From positions 322,090,001 to 322,154,000 of the forward strand of contig CM126203.1 in the NCBI GenBank assembly GCA_052327205.1: a stretch of 64,000 nt of DNA. Direction: 5' to 3'. The position numbers and the translations under genes are program-made. Each line of letters begins with the position of its first letter. Within the stretch, counting starts at the first letter, position 1. The notes under the pieces are model-generated. The model had not been told where the DNA came from. It worked only from the letters and a program-made list of their open reading frames with translations, and did not search any database. The DNA is from Somniosus microcephalus. Lineage: Eukaryota. Shown piece after piece: positions 26,578-38,172 of this stretch.

Positions 26578-27612
26578 AAACGCAATTCCTCCGATTTCCC
26601 AATCCCACTGCCAACCACCGAAGCTCGTTCTCAATCGTTGCGATTCACCACAACAAAACGATCGTTTACTTATAGCACTGCACTAGTCTTACCTATTCGT
26701 TTAAATACACGCAAAACAGCTCAAGGCTTGTCACTCGGCACCCTACAACACTGTGAAAAGCGTAAAACACTGTATATGTTTTCTCTTTGATTCACATATT
26801 ATACGGACTAAGCAGAACAACAAAAAGCGGTGGCAGAATTCTGTTTAAAAAAAAATAACGGCGTTGTAGATGAAGAACCCGAGAACTAACCGAGTGCTGC
26901 AGACTTAACAGAAATCGGTCGAATTGCTTCTGTCCGATGCAGAGCTGGCATGAGCAAGTGCGGACAACAATAGTCCGATTTTTAGCCCTTACAGATCTCT
27001 AGCAGGGGGGCTGAAGTTAACGTTAGTAAAGGGAATTACTGTGCTACAAAGGAGACAAAAAAAAAGCAGTTCAGAGTCTGACATGGGTTAAACAGGCTGG
27101 CAGCACGTAGGATTCTGGATAGTGCAACTGCGAATGTGTTGATGGTCATCAAGCAAGGGGGGTGGGGAAGCATTTGAACACTGCATTCTTAAATGGGTTT
27201 TTAAGGTACATTAATTGAATGGTAATCAGATGTTGATGCCGTTCCACGTTACGATTGTGGGTGTGTCATTTCATTGAGGGAATAGTGAATTGTCTTCTGA
27301 TGGAGCTATTGTGCGAGCACTGGACTAAGGGGAACCCTGAAGGAGCGCTGCGGTGGGTGGAATGGGGAAAAACAGAAAAATACGCGGGTCTCCCCGCAAT
27401 ACTGGCACGGGTGCATCTAACCACAAAGAAAGGCAGTTTCTATTGAATATTCTCTTGGCGATGAATTAGAGCACAGCAAATAACAATTGCAATGATTTTT
27501 GGTTGTTTTGCACGGTTATTGTGAGTTTATCCCCCCCTCCCACATCACATACGAATGCACTACCAATTCCCTCTTCACAGTCTCAACGTGCGAGCATTAT
27601 CCCCTGGCTTAC

Positions 27613-28714
27613 CTGCGAGCCTTAAGGCTGACATTCTCTGGAACTCAGGCTCTTGAAGCCATTTCCACATCCGCCTGAAGGTCTCCCGTCCCGATTTAAG
27701 TTTACTCCAAGGTTTGGGGTTCCTTAAAAGGTCAGAGAGGGTTCCCTGTGAGCGGCACAGCACCCTTTGAGCGAAGATGGCCTGTGGGATGCTGTAGCGT
27801 TTGAGTTCCGCCGTGATCCTTTGTGCTACTTCTTTGGTATTAATCTCTTCCAGCTGGCCCGAGCTGTTAGCCTGCGAGCCCGAGGAGGAGGGAGGCCGAT
27901 CCCGGCTTGAAGCCAACACGGGCCCGTGAGATTGATGGTGACTTGAGTGACCGTGGTGGTGGTGATGCATGCCGTTCAAGTGTGGCATCATGCCCGCCGA
28001 CGGGGCTCCAAGACCCCGAGACAGGTGCTGGTCCCCTCTGGCCAGCATAGCCGTGTGAGCTTCGAAGTTGGGGCTGAGCATCTTGTCGTGGCTGTTGGAG
28101 CCGTAGCCCTGGATGCCCTGATGGGTGTTGTGAATGGAGCCCAGGCCGTTTCCCAAAGGGTTGCTGGACAGAGGGGAGAGGTTTTGAGTCATCCCGGGCA
28201 TGTCCTTGTGGTACGGGTTGTAGAGATTGTTCATGGCAGCAGGCAAGCCCCTTTCGTCCCGCATCAGGGTAAAGCTCCCGCTAACGTTGCCCGCCAGCCG
28301 CTGGTGGTGGTGATGGTGGTGGTGGTGGTGATGGTGAGGATGGTGGAACTTATCCGAGACGGTGGAGATGGGAGGCAGGGGCTGGAGTGGCGTTAGTGTG
28401 GTGTAGGTGCTGCTCATGCCCATGCCAGGTGGAGACTCGCAGGACATGCTCATGGCCGGATGGAGAGGGATAGAGAGCTCCGGACGGTAGTCCCCAGTCC
28501 CATCCAGAATGGAAGCCATACTGGACACCATTGCAGATCTGGTCGTCAGTTCCCGATGAGCTGCTGAAACTGCCTGCCGCTGGTGACTGTTCATCAGATC
28601 GCCCGTGGATTGCTCATGGCCTATTCCACCATGCAAATTCCCAATGCTGTCCATTGTAATCTCCGGGTTCATGCCATATACCTCTTTGGCTATACATCTA
28701 TACGCGTTGTTCAT
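27613..28714 (-). CDS. ONECUT2: ONECUT2 (one cut homeobox 2) coding exon 1: N-terminal region, TP box, poly-His tracts and CUT domain
   Basis: Translation MNNAYRC..MNPEITMDS..YTTLTPLQPLPPISTVSDKFHH..EEINTKEVAQRITAELKRYSIPQAIFAQRVLCRSQGTLSDLLRNPKPWSKLKSGRETFRRMWKWLQEPEFQRMSALRLA. The N-terminal AYRC extension and position next to ST8SIA3 favour ONECUT2 over ONECUT1/3. Donor GTAAG follows at 27612-27608 (phase 1, exon 1102 nt). Confidence 0.96.
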
Positions 28715-28939
28715 TCAGTCCATTAAAGATTATAATTGTTTCTTTGGGCTTGGTAAATCAAGGAGAATTTTTTGCTACATATATATATGCATGTATCGAT
28801 GATATATACACACATACATATACACACACAAATATATATATATGAAGAGAAATAAAGATAAAAATGAAAATGTTAAGGCCTCACGGGTTGCAAAGATCAC
28901 CGATAACACTCAGACGGGCCAGTGCTGTTTCTCGCCATG

Positions 28940-29260
28940 TCCGAGCCTGTCCTCCTCCTACGTCGACTGTTTAGACAGCTGGAGCCAGCCCGAGACGCGT
29001 TTGCTCCTGGTTCAACCTAAATTGCTAACCTAAGGGTGGGGGATATTTCTGATGGACAGCAGACCCGAGCCTATGAGAGGCTCCCGTTCTCCCTCCCACC
29101 CGCCTGGGTAGAGAGAGCTAGGGGAGGTTTGTCCAATCGCGGCGACGGGGGGCGGGATGTCCGTTATCAGGTTAGATTGACGGGTTGTGTACAATCTGCC
29201 TCCCCTCCTACCTCCCTCCCTCCCTCCGTCCACAAGCAGCCTTCACCACAGCGCCAGCGA
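28940..29260 (-). promoter_or_regulatory. ONECUT2 proximal promoter / TSS region
   Basis: GC- and CpG-rich block directly upstream of the 5'UTR, with CCAAT (~29133), GC box GGGGCGGG (~29149) and CCTCC repeats. Confidence 0.6.
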
Positions 29261-31214
29261 CCTTAGCATTTTTTTTCAAACTATATTAACTTCCGGGTTC
29301 CAAGTAAGTCAGTTTTGTCCTGCTCTTGTTCCAATAATTATTTTCTTACTGATCCGGACGTTTGATTCGAAGTAATTTTAATATAAATATTTATTTTTTT
29401 GTAAATCTATTCTGCCTTTATTTTGATCAATTTGATAACCGCTAGTTAATTTACTATGTTAATTTAACACTTCGAAATGCAAGTTAGAAGTCTTGGACCA
29501 GTGTATACAACTTTACAGAGTCTGTAGATCATTTTAATTATGCGTTTTTATTGAAAAAACTAATTTGATTAATTTTTAAAAGAAGCTTTTCCATATATTT
29601 TATGGCTCTGATTGCGGGTTATTCACAGTTGGTTCAAAAACGCTTCCTCTTTTGAAAATATTCAAGGTATACTAACTAAAACCGTGAAAATCGCAATTAA
29701 TTCAATTTCATGCAATTTCATCCTGTTAAAAAGAAACTTTAACGATCGATTGCTATTTGTTGAACGCAGACATGTTACCTCCTGTTTTCACCACCGCACA
29801 CTTCCCAAGAACAACCCCACTGTACTCCTCGTGTTAACTAATGGGTAAAATGTCCCATCTCTATTGTAAATATATAATCAACTGTTTTCAATAATGACTG
29901 CGGGCCCGGCGCACCGCCGCACTGAGGGATCAATTCAGCTTAACCGCTTCTTCCCAGCCTTCGGTCTGATAGCGACTGACAATAATTTGCCTCGATATAT
30001 TAAGCAAAGAACTGACGAGTTTCCTCAAGTAAAACTGCAGAGAGCAGATTGGACGTTTCTATTTATTAGAGTCGATATAGATCTATCGTTTGATCATTTC
30101 TCATGCTTTTGTGGAATGTGGGCACGCAGATAGCCTCTGCTGTAGTCAGATTTCGGCTAGATGTAAATGATACAAATTATAGGGGGGCCATAGATAAATC
30201 GTAAATCAGACAGTGACATCTTATTGATGATGCGCGTATACCGGCAGAACTTGAAAATAAGTGAATGATACGGAAACAGAGCCAGTTATTTTTAAATATA
30301 GGTATTATTACTGTTGATTAAGATAAAACAACACTTTAAAAATATATATTATTTGAAATGAACTGATTATTGAATCAACTATATGAGTTGGTTTATTTTC
30401 ATACAAATTAATTGAATTTTTTTCAATCGGCGAGGGGCGGGATGGTGGGGGGGGGGGGGGAGGAGATGAGACTGAGAGCAAGAAAATGAACTCAAGTGTG
30501 AAGGGTAGCCGAGTATTTGTGTGATCTGCTCTTTTCCCCCTCTAGGTTTTGACTTTGCAGAGAAGGTGGGGAGGCTGCGCAGATGTGCCCATTGTTTGGG
30601 GGGCAGTAATTAAGGACAGGGGTTGGACAAGAGCTTGAAACGCGTGACCTAGTTTCTTTTGATCATCTGTCAGGGAAGAGCAGCGGGGTCTGACGGATAA
30701 ATATCCCTCCAGTGACTTTCAGCTGTTAGCAAACTTGTAAGAAACTGGAGAGAGAAGTTGTAGGGAGTACCTGTTCTATTCAGAGAATTGATTTGCAACA
30801 ATCGAACATTTCCAATGTCTGAAACAGATTTCAGTGCAGCTCGTTGCGCGACTGACGTCAGTCACAGTGTTAGTCACAGTTAAAAGTCGAGGAGCAGACA
30901 TCTTGTGGCAGGCTAACTTTTTATAATGACACGGGTGCAGCAGTTTATTAGCTGGTGTGCGGGCGCGTGTGTGTGTTAAGTTTGACTTTGCAAGTCAGGG
31001 TAAAGGATGAGATGGACAGATACATAATAAAACCCCCACACCTTTCAGCAAATACACGACATCGAATTAGAATCCAGGTCTTATGCTGGTCAGTTTTGGT
31101 GTATTTTCACGGCTCAAATAATAGAATTGCTAAGATTTAAATATTTGTTTTCTAAAAGTAAAAGTTTGTCCCACCTAACTAAACAACTTATTTTCTAACA
31201 CTGTATCAGAATCT

Positions 31215-31820
31215 CTCACTCCCTCCCTCCACATTCTCCTTCTCGATATTCTTTCTCTTCCTCTCTTTCTGCACACACTTTCTTCCTTTCTTTATGACTT
31301 TTTCCATATTCTCCCCTCTCCGCATTCTGCTCCTTTCTCCGTATTCTCCCCGTCTCTCTCCATATTCTCCTCTCTGTCTCTAGATTACCCCCTCGCATGC
31401 TCCATACTCCCCTTACTCTCTCCACATTCTCCCCTATCTTTCTATAATCTCTCTCTATATTCTCCCCTCTCTTATTCCACAGTCTTCCCCTCTTTCTGCA
31501 CAATCTTCCTCCCTTTCTCTACAGTCTCCCTTTCTGGCTCCATGTCCCCCTCCCGATTTCCATGTCCCCCCTTCTTACTTTCTCTATATTCTCGTTTCTG
31601 TCTTCTCTATATTGCCCCTCTCTCTATAGTCTCCCCTTCTTGCTCCATGTTCCTCTCTCCACATTCTCCCTTCTCTCTTTCTCCGTATTCTACCCTTTAT
31701 CTTTCTCTACATCCATTCCTGTCTCTTTATCTTTTCTGTCTTCATCTTTGGTCATATTCTCTCATTTGCTCTCTCCAAATGATCTACCCCACCCTCTACT
31801 CTTTCTCCAGGATCCTCTCT
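31215..31820. repeat. ~600-bp polypyrimidine (CT-rich) low-complexity tract
   Basis: Recurrent units such as ctctccacattctccc and ctctctatattctc; strong pyrimidine bias on +. Confidence 0.8.
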
Positions 31821-32234
31821 CCGTGTAGTATGTTATGTAAAGTGATCCGAAACAGGGTGACGATTATAGACCGAGAACAAACATGTGGTTAAAACCCAGT
31901 AGATCTCCGATGCGTTTAACATTAGCTCTCAGCTCGCCGTATTTATTGTTGGCAACCTAACTTTACATTGCTTAGTTTGTTAGCTTGCAAGTTAAATCCT
32001 ACTTCGATATGAAGTGAAAAATTAGCATACGGTCAATGAGGTTCGATTTGTTTAAATAATCAATCCATAAAATGAAAAGAGTTCCCTGTATGTTGGCTAT
32101 AGGTTTACCGATAAAGCACAAACACTGCCGAATTGTTTCCAGCGATTGTCCGAACTGTTTTAATTGCTTCGAATACAAAGTTCTGCTTAATTAACATTTA
32201 GCAAACAGTGGTAAAATATAGAAAAGAGAAAACG

Positions 32235-32352
32235 GTAAATGCGGAAATCTGAAATAAAAGCTGGAAATGCTGGGCATACCCAGCAGGCCAGTCAACATCT
32301 GAAAGGGAGAAAATAGGTTCATGTTTCAGGTGGGTCGCTTCAACCATCAGAG
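32235..32352 (-). mobile_element. Degraded Penelope-derived repeat
   Basis: ggaaatctgaaataaaagctggaaatgctgg..cagcagg..atgtttcagg. Confidence 0.5.
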
Positions 32353-35300
32353 CCCAGTTGGTGGAATAAATATATAAATGGCAAACGGAGCGTGAGTTGT
32401 AAGTGCATCATATATTTAAAGGTAAGGAATAGACCATTCTCCAAACACCTTTTTTGCTGCATGATTCAAATAAAACGGTTAAACCTTCTTGATAAAATCG
32501 CTATTAGTCTGATTAATCTTCTCCACTTCACTCGAGGCCTATATTTAATTGTACGAGATTCCCTACTCGAAATCTAGCCCGTCAGCAGCACATTTAAAAA
32601 CTGATTAAAATAGTTTTTTTATAAAATAAAAAGCTCTGACTACAATGTCAAACTGAGCATTTGCAGTTTTGTATCATTTGAACATGTTAACAGCGATTGA
32701 GAATTGCGTTAGTGAAGAATGTCCTACAGTTAAAAAAAGGACGAGTGCTCGTGGGTCGATCTGAAATGTTTTATTTGGTTCTCTCACAAACCATCTGGCA
32801 TGTGAGTGCAATGGGTATTGATTGAGCTCAGTTTGCCGCAGACCCCATGCCAGCGTTACTTGCAAACAGTCAGTCCATGCATGTATCTGTGTGCTAGCAC
32901 CGCCACGAAGAACTAAAAATAAGACAGCTCAAACTATACGAACAGATCTGCGGTAAGTGCACGGTGTTCCTTTGCAATCCTACTTTAAACTGTAACGTCG
33001 CCTGATCTAACTGGCCAACGCTATCTCCAGAAAAAAAACCCTGTGTTTATATTAATTGATCAACATTACAATTGTACTGCTCGATGTTGATCATTCAATA
33101 TAACAGAATGCAGCCCCAAAATACGAGAATTGTCCTTTCTAAAGTGAAAACATTTGCGTAGGAAACAGAGGGGGAGGGGGACTATGTAAAATACGCACGA
33201 GTGAATTGTAAACTGGTGAAGGCATACGTTGAGGCAATACAACAAATCGTTCTTTTTCAATCTCTTGAAACAATTTAATTCAACTACGCGTGTATTATTA
33301 AATAAAAACATATATTTAACTTCTTTGTACATGTGTCTATAATCTCATTTGTGTTTTGAAATCTCTCTGCGTTGTCTAGTTGTTCAGTTGATATCAAATG
33401 TGTGTTCTTATTCCGCAAACATTGAAAGTGCAGGCCAACTTTCCGCAGTGCCAGGAAAGCCAGCTCTTCATTTTCTAAAGTAGCACTTTACCTTTTAATC
33501 AGTAACGCGGAAACGATAACAAAAAAAAAAATGTTTGGAATCGATTAAACTCTTGCAAATTCTCTTCTGTCAATTGCAATGCACAATTCCTTAGCGTGTC
33601 TAACCCTTTTCTGATTAAAAGGTGTTCCATTCTTTTTTTAAACTAAATCACATATAACGAAGCATTGTTCTACTTAAATTGTTGATACGCAGCTCGAAGA
33701 CCGTTAAGGCAAATATAAAGTAAACAAGACCATAAATTATTTCATTATTTCATTGGTAATAAGGTATTTACATATGTCTTAGTCGATTTACACTGTCCAA
33801 AGATAACACAATTGAACCTTCAAAATGTGACATTTTAGAGTTTTTGAGGTTTAAAAAAAAATATATACTTTAAAGCTCGTTAAATAAATGGACGTGTCCC
33901 TGCTTATTTGTTGTAAAGGCGGATAACGGGGAGTTCTACGATTGCAGTTCAGAACTTTTCATCTCCAGAGCTGAGACCGAAGTAGCTTTTCTAACAATTC
34001 ATTGTTAAGAGGTCAAGCAATGGAGACAATCTCTGGCGTGAGGTACCTTTGTTACAAGGCAGCTACGCATAAAATCTTTGTATTGTCCCTTACAAAGGGA
34101 GGCAGAAGTTGCAGTTGATTTTAAAGAAGGGTCTGAATGCAAAGCTGCTTCACATCTGGAGCTGCCGTGTTCAAAGAGTGACGTGCATGTGTGCCATTAA
34201 AGTTTAATTTCGCCCAGCGTTTGTGGTTCTGGTGAGATTCATACAGCTCAAAATTCAAAAGTTTGTGTTTGTGCAGCTTCTATAATCTTTTGACTAATCT
34301 TTATATTAACAAGAAGAATTCGAGGGAAGAGTCTATTCCGTCCTATTCATTCTATTCCTTTTAGAGCACGTTGCCGTTTCTTACTATGTTTTCTTGCGTT
34401 TTATTATCGTTACAGCGAGTAATCTTTTAAAAATAGCTATCATGAAAATATTTCAGCCAAGGTTACGAAGGTTTATAAATAATGACGAAAAAGATACAAA
34501 CTATTTTATCATCTAACAAAAAACTCCAGAGAAGTTCTTAAAGCAATATAACATTTTAAGTAGCATCCCCGAGCTATATTGTTATAAGACAGGTGATTAA
34601 CAATCACTTAAAATGAAATTCAGAGTTACTATATTAATCGGACCCTCCTTTTTAACACGTGGGCTGCGAAATTATCATCGCTGCATGTTATATTTCGCAA
34701 TTAATTCCAATTTTACTTAATAAGTGCAAGTTGTGTGCAAAGTATTGCTGGCAGACACATGCTGAAGTAGTCAAACTTCCCTCAACAGCTCCTGCACCAT
34801 CTAAGTTAAACACTCGCTATTAGAAATAAGGAACTTTCAAATTGCTTGAAATCTCATTTTTAATCGCGGAAGTATGTCCAGATTGTACACAAACACGACG
34901 ACAACGAGGTCTTTGTTCTACAAGATCTAGATTAACTAAATATACATTACATGACTGAAATATTCGTAATCCTTTCAAGTATTTGATATACCTTTTGCTT
35001 GCATTAAGACTGTCAACTCTACCCAGGCACAATAGAAGAATGCAATAGAATCTGATTAATACATTACACTATTGTCAGTCTTGACTCAATGCGCATTGTT
35101 AGGATTATTACTAGTAATAGCTCTTTTAATACTATTTGTACTCGTCAACAACCCAGTGGCTTCCTACACCATTCTTTGTTAGATTGTCATGCTGTTATTA
35201 ACTAGATGGAAAAACAAATGGAATTTAGGTGCAAAGAACGGTCCAGTGGTTGGGTGTGGCCAGGACACGCGGACACCCCAGAGTTAACACAACAGATGTT

Positions 35301-38071
35301 GGTAAGAAAGCAAGGGTTAGGAGCACAGGCAAAACTTTGACACTTTCTAAAGTGATTACGCTTTGTTGGCCCTGACAGACTTAAACTCCAATCTTCTGAG
35401 AACAGCTCACGTACAAAATCAATAATCGCTGCCCATTTTGGAGGGCCAATGCGAAGATTGTGATTTTTATCGCAATCTAAACTTCACAGATAACGAATTG
35501 CTCTGCCCACCGGTATATTAGAAATAGTTACTGATAGATGGGAGGAATGAGCTAGAGCAGCTTTATATAACGCTGTCCTTTAAACTTTCAGCTTGGTTTT
35601 ACATGATAATACGATTATCTAATCATTAACACTGGAGTTAAACGCATTAAGAGATTGTTATAAAACAATTTACAGAAGACCCGGTAACAAGTATTCCACA
35701 AATCCTCTGTACAACTGCGCTAATTTCCTAAATTAAGACATCACCGTATTATTTTTAGTAGAAAAAAATTAATTGGTTGGAAAAGGAAAACAAGAGGAAG
35801 TCAAAAAATTAAACTTCGAAAACTGTACGATTTTGACCTTTTTCATTCATTTTCACATTTAACCGCCGTGCTTATTATGCAGAATCAAGCCCCTTATCAA
35901 TTTCGTTTGATTTTTTAACGCCTGAAGCAATGCCTGTTTTAATCATAAGTTTTGATTTTATGTTATCGATTAATGTGTAAGACAGATGCAATTTGAAAAA
36001 TAGGGAGGAGTTGCAGTTCTTTCATTGCCAAGCACCAACCGGCGTCTAGTTAATTTCATTCTTTTTAGTGGACTTTTTTTTTAAAGCTTGGATTCAACCG
36101 GCTTAATGATGTGGGGTAAATATTATTCAAATACATTTAAATGAAGTGATGAAAATGAATTGAAACTATTAAAAAAGAACTTAATTTACAACGAATATGT
36201 GACGAACTCCTGTTGAGACTACTGATGCCGTTGAATGTATTATAACGCGCGATATTTTGCAATTTGTTTTAAAGGCTCCCTTTAAATAGATGCAGAATAA
36301 GACATTTACTTTGACTAATCCCAATTGGACCAAATTTCTTGCAATATACCGAAGGGAAGGTTTTGCAAGTTAGCTCAGTTCTGCTCTCACGCTGTACTTT
36401 TGTGCTTAATTATTCTCATTTATGTCTATACTGGCTGATATAATTTAAAGCTTACTCGTGCAGGGTACAATAATTGTTAACCATCTCTGGTCTTTGCCAT
36501 TTTTTCCTAATCCATATTTAGGTTAGGTTCCATCGCTTATAGTTGCGTTACCGTTTTGCAGCACTATTGGTAGGACAAGTAATATACATATACCAACTGT
36601 TAAGAAACAGATCGGCTTGGATCAATTTTCTTTTAGGAGCATTTACCATCCTCTACCAGTGTTGAAGTTACTTATTTTACAGGAAGAGTGGTACATTGTC
36701 AACTATGAGGATCTCCTATTGGAAAATCCTGCTCGTTGCTAATCGTAATTATCCATATACGATTAGTGTTTCAAATCACAGCACAGAACATAATCCAGTT
36801 TTGTGCAGAACTATATGTCTAAGGGGTTCGTTCTGAAAATGGCATACACAAAGTAACCCTAATAACTATTTCTGGATGAACCATTTATAGATTAAAGTTA
36901 CGGAAAGGGCCTATAGATTTCCATGATTTTTATATGAACATATAATTACTACTGCGATTGCAAATATATTTTAAGATTTATTGATATCAATCTGCACAAT
37001 TCAATTAATTTAAGGGATGGTGTAAATAAAATTTACCTGCATTTACATTACGAAATTATGCTTATATATTTTAATGCAATTTACTGCTGATCGAACCGTT
37101 AAAATGTAACTTAAGATATATAATGCGAATGCTGGAGCAGTAAATAGTAACATTAAAATAATTTGAAATATCAAACTATACCGAACTAATTTGGAGACAC
37201 GTTAATTCAAACTTGATTTACCCATTATTTTTGGCCCTAAAGCTTACAATTATTTCTCCCCTAAATTATTTTCAAAAGATAACTTGAAAAACGAGTCTAT
37301 TCTATGTCCTTTTATCTGTACCTTGCGAGTATGTGAACAACACACATCGAAGTTTATCTGAAGGGTTTGGTATCAGTTATCACTCTGCGCAGGTCATTCT
37401 TTAGCTCGCGAATCCTCAATCGGTAAACTCTCCGAATAAATAACAGGAGCTTTTTCGACATGAACTGTATTATTTAAAAATTGTATCTTTTGTTGTTGAT
37501 GAATTGTTCTGAAAACGGCGTTTTATATATTATTTACTGTCTGTTGTATATTTATTATACCATCTTCTTAAATTGGGAAATCGCAGATGAAAGCACAGAC
37601 TGGACCTCTCTAACCCGAGCACTGTTCTAAGCATGATCAGTTTACCTGTTCACTGGCTGGAGTATAGATAAATACACGCTGACTCTAGTTGCCATTTAAC
37701 TGACATACACCTCATAATTTATGAATAAGGAAAGACGCGGACGTGTTGCATAAATAGATAGAAGCATTCTCCATTAACAGTGTTCCTGTAAATCCGAGGG
37801 CGAATTTTAAATTTGTGATATAAAGGCAATACGTCGACTGAAAATGTAATTCTTTAGCAACTTGGAAGTTACAAGATTCAGGGATATTTTGTGCTTAAAA
37901 GTTGTGCGAGGAACGAAATGTAGTGTTGTAATTTAGGATTAATGCAGGTACTGAGGAACAGTTTCCGTGTGCACTGATCGATGCTGGGGCTTTAATGTAT
38001 GTGTAATATACCAGTCACACTGAATAAACACACGTGTGTGTGCTGGGTAGTTGCCGAACAATGCTGAATAA

Positions 38072-38172
38072 GTAATAACAACAGAAAATGCTGGAAAAAC
38101 TCAGCAAGTCAGGCAACATCCGTGGAGAGAAATTTGAGTTGACGTTTCGGGTTTGACCCTTCTTCAAAAGTT
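38072..38172 (-). mobile_element. Penelope-derived repeat with hammerhead-like motif
   Basis: Near-identical to 45235-45330; reverse complement TTGAAGA-A-GGGT-CAA-ACCC-GAAAC-GTC-AACT. Confidence 0.7.

Noticed and set aside
27947-28396. 149-aa plus-strand ORF, and 11531-11905 (+)
   Set aside because: Antisense shadows of the ONECUT2 exons; no independent evidence.
31216-31892. ORFs of 88-116 aa on both strands
   Set aside because: Arise from stop-poor CT/GA low-complexity sequence.
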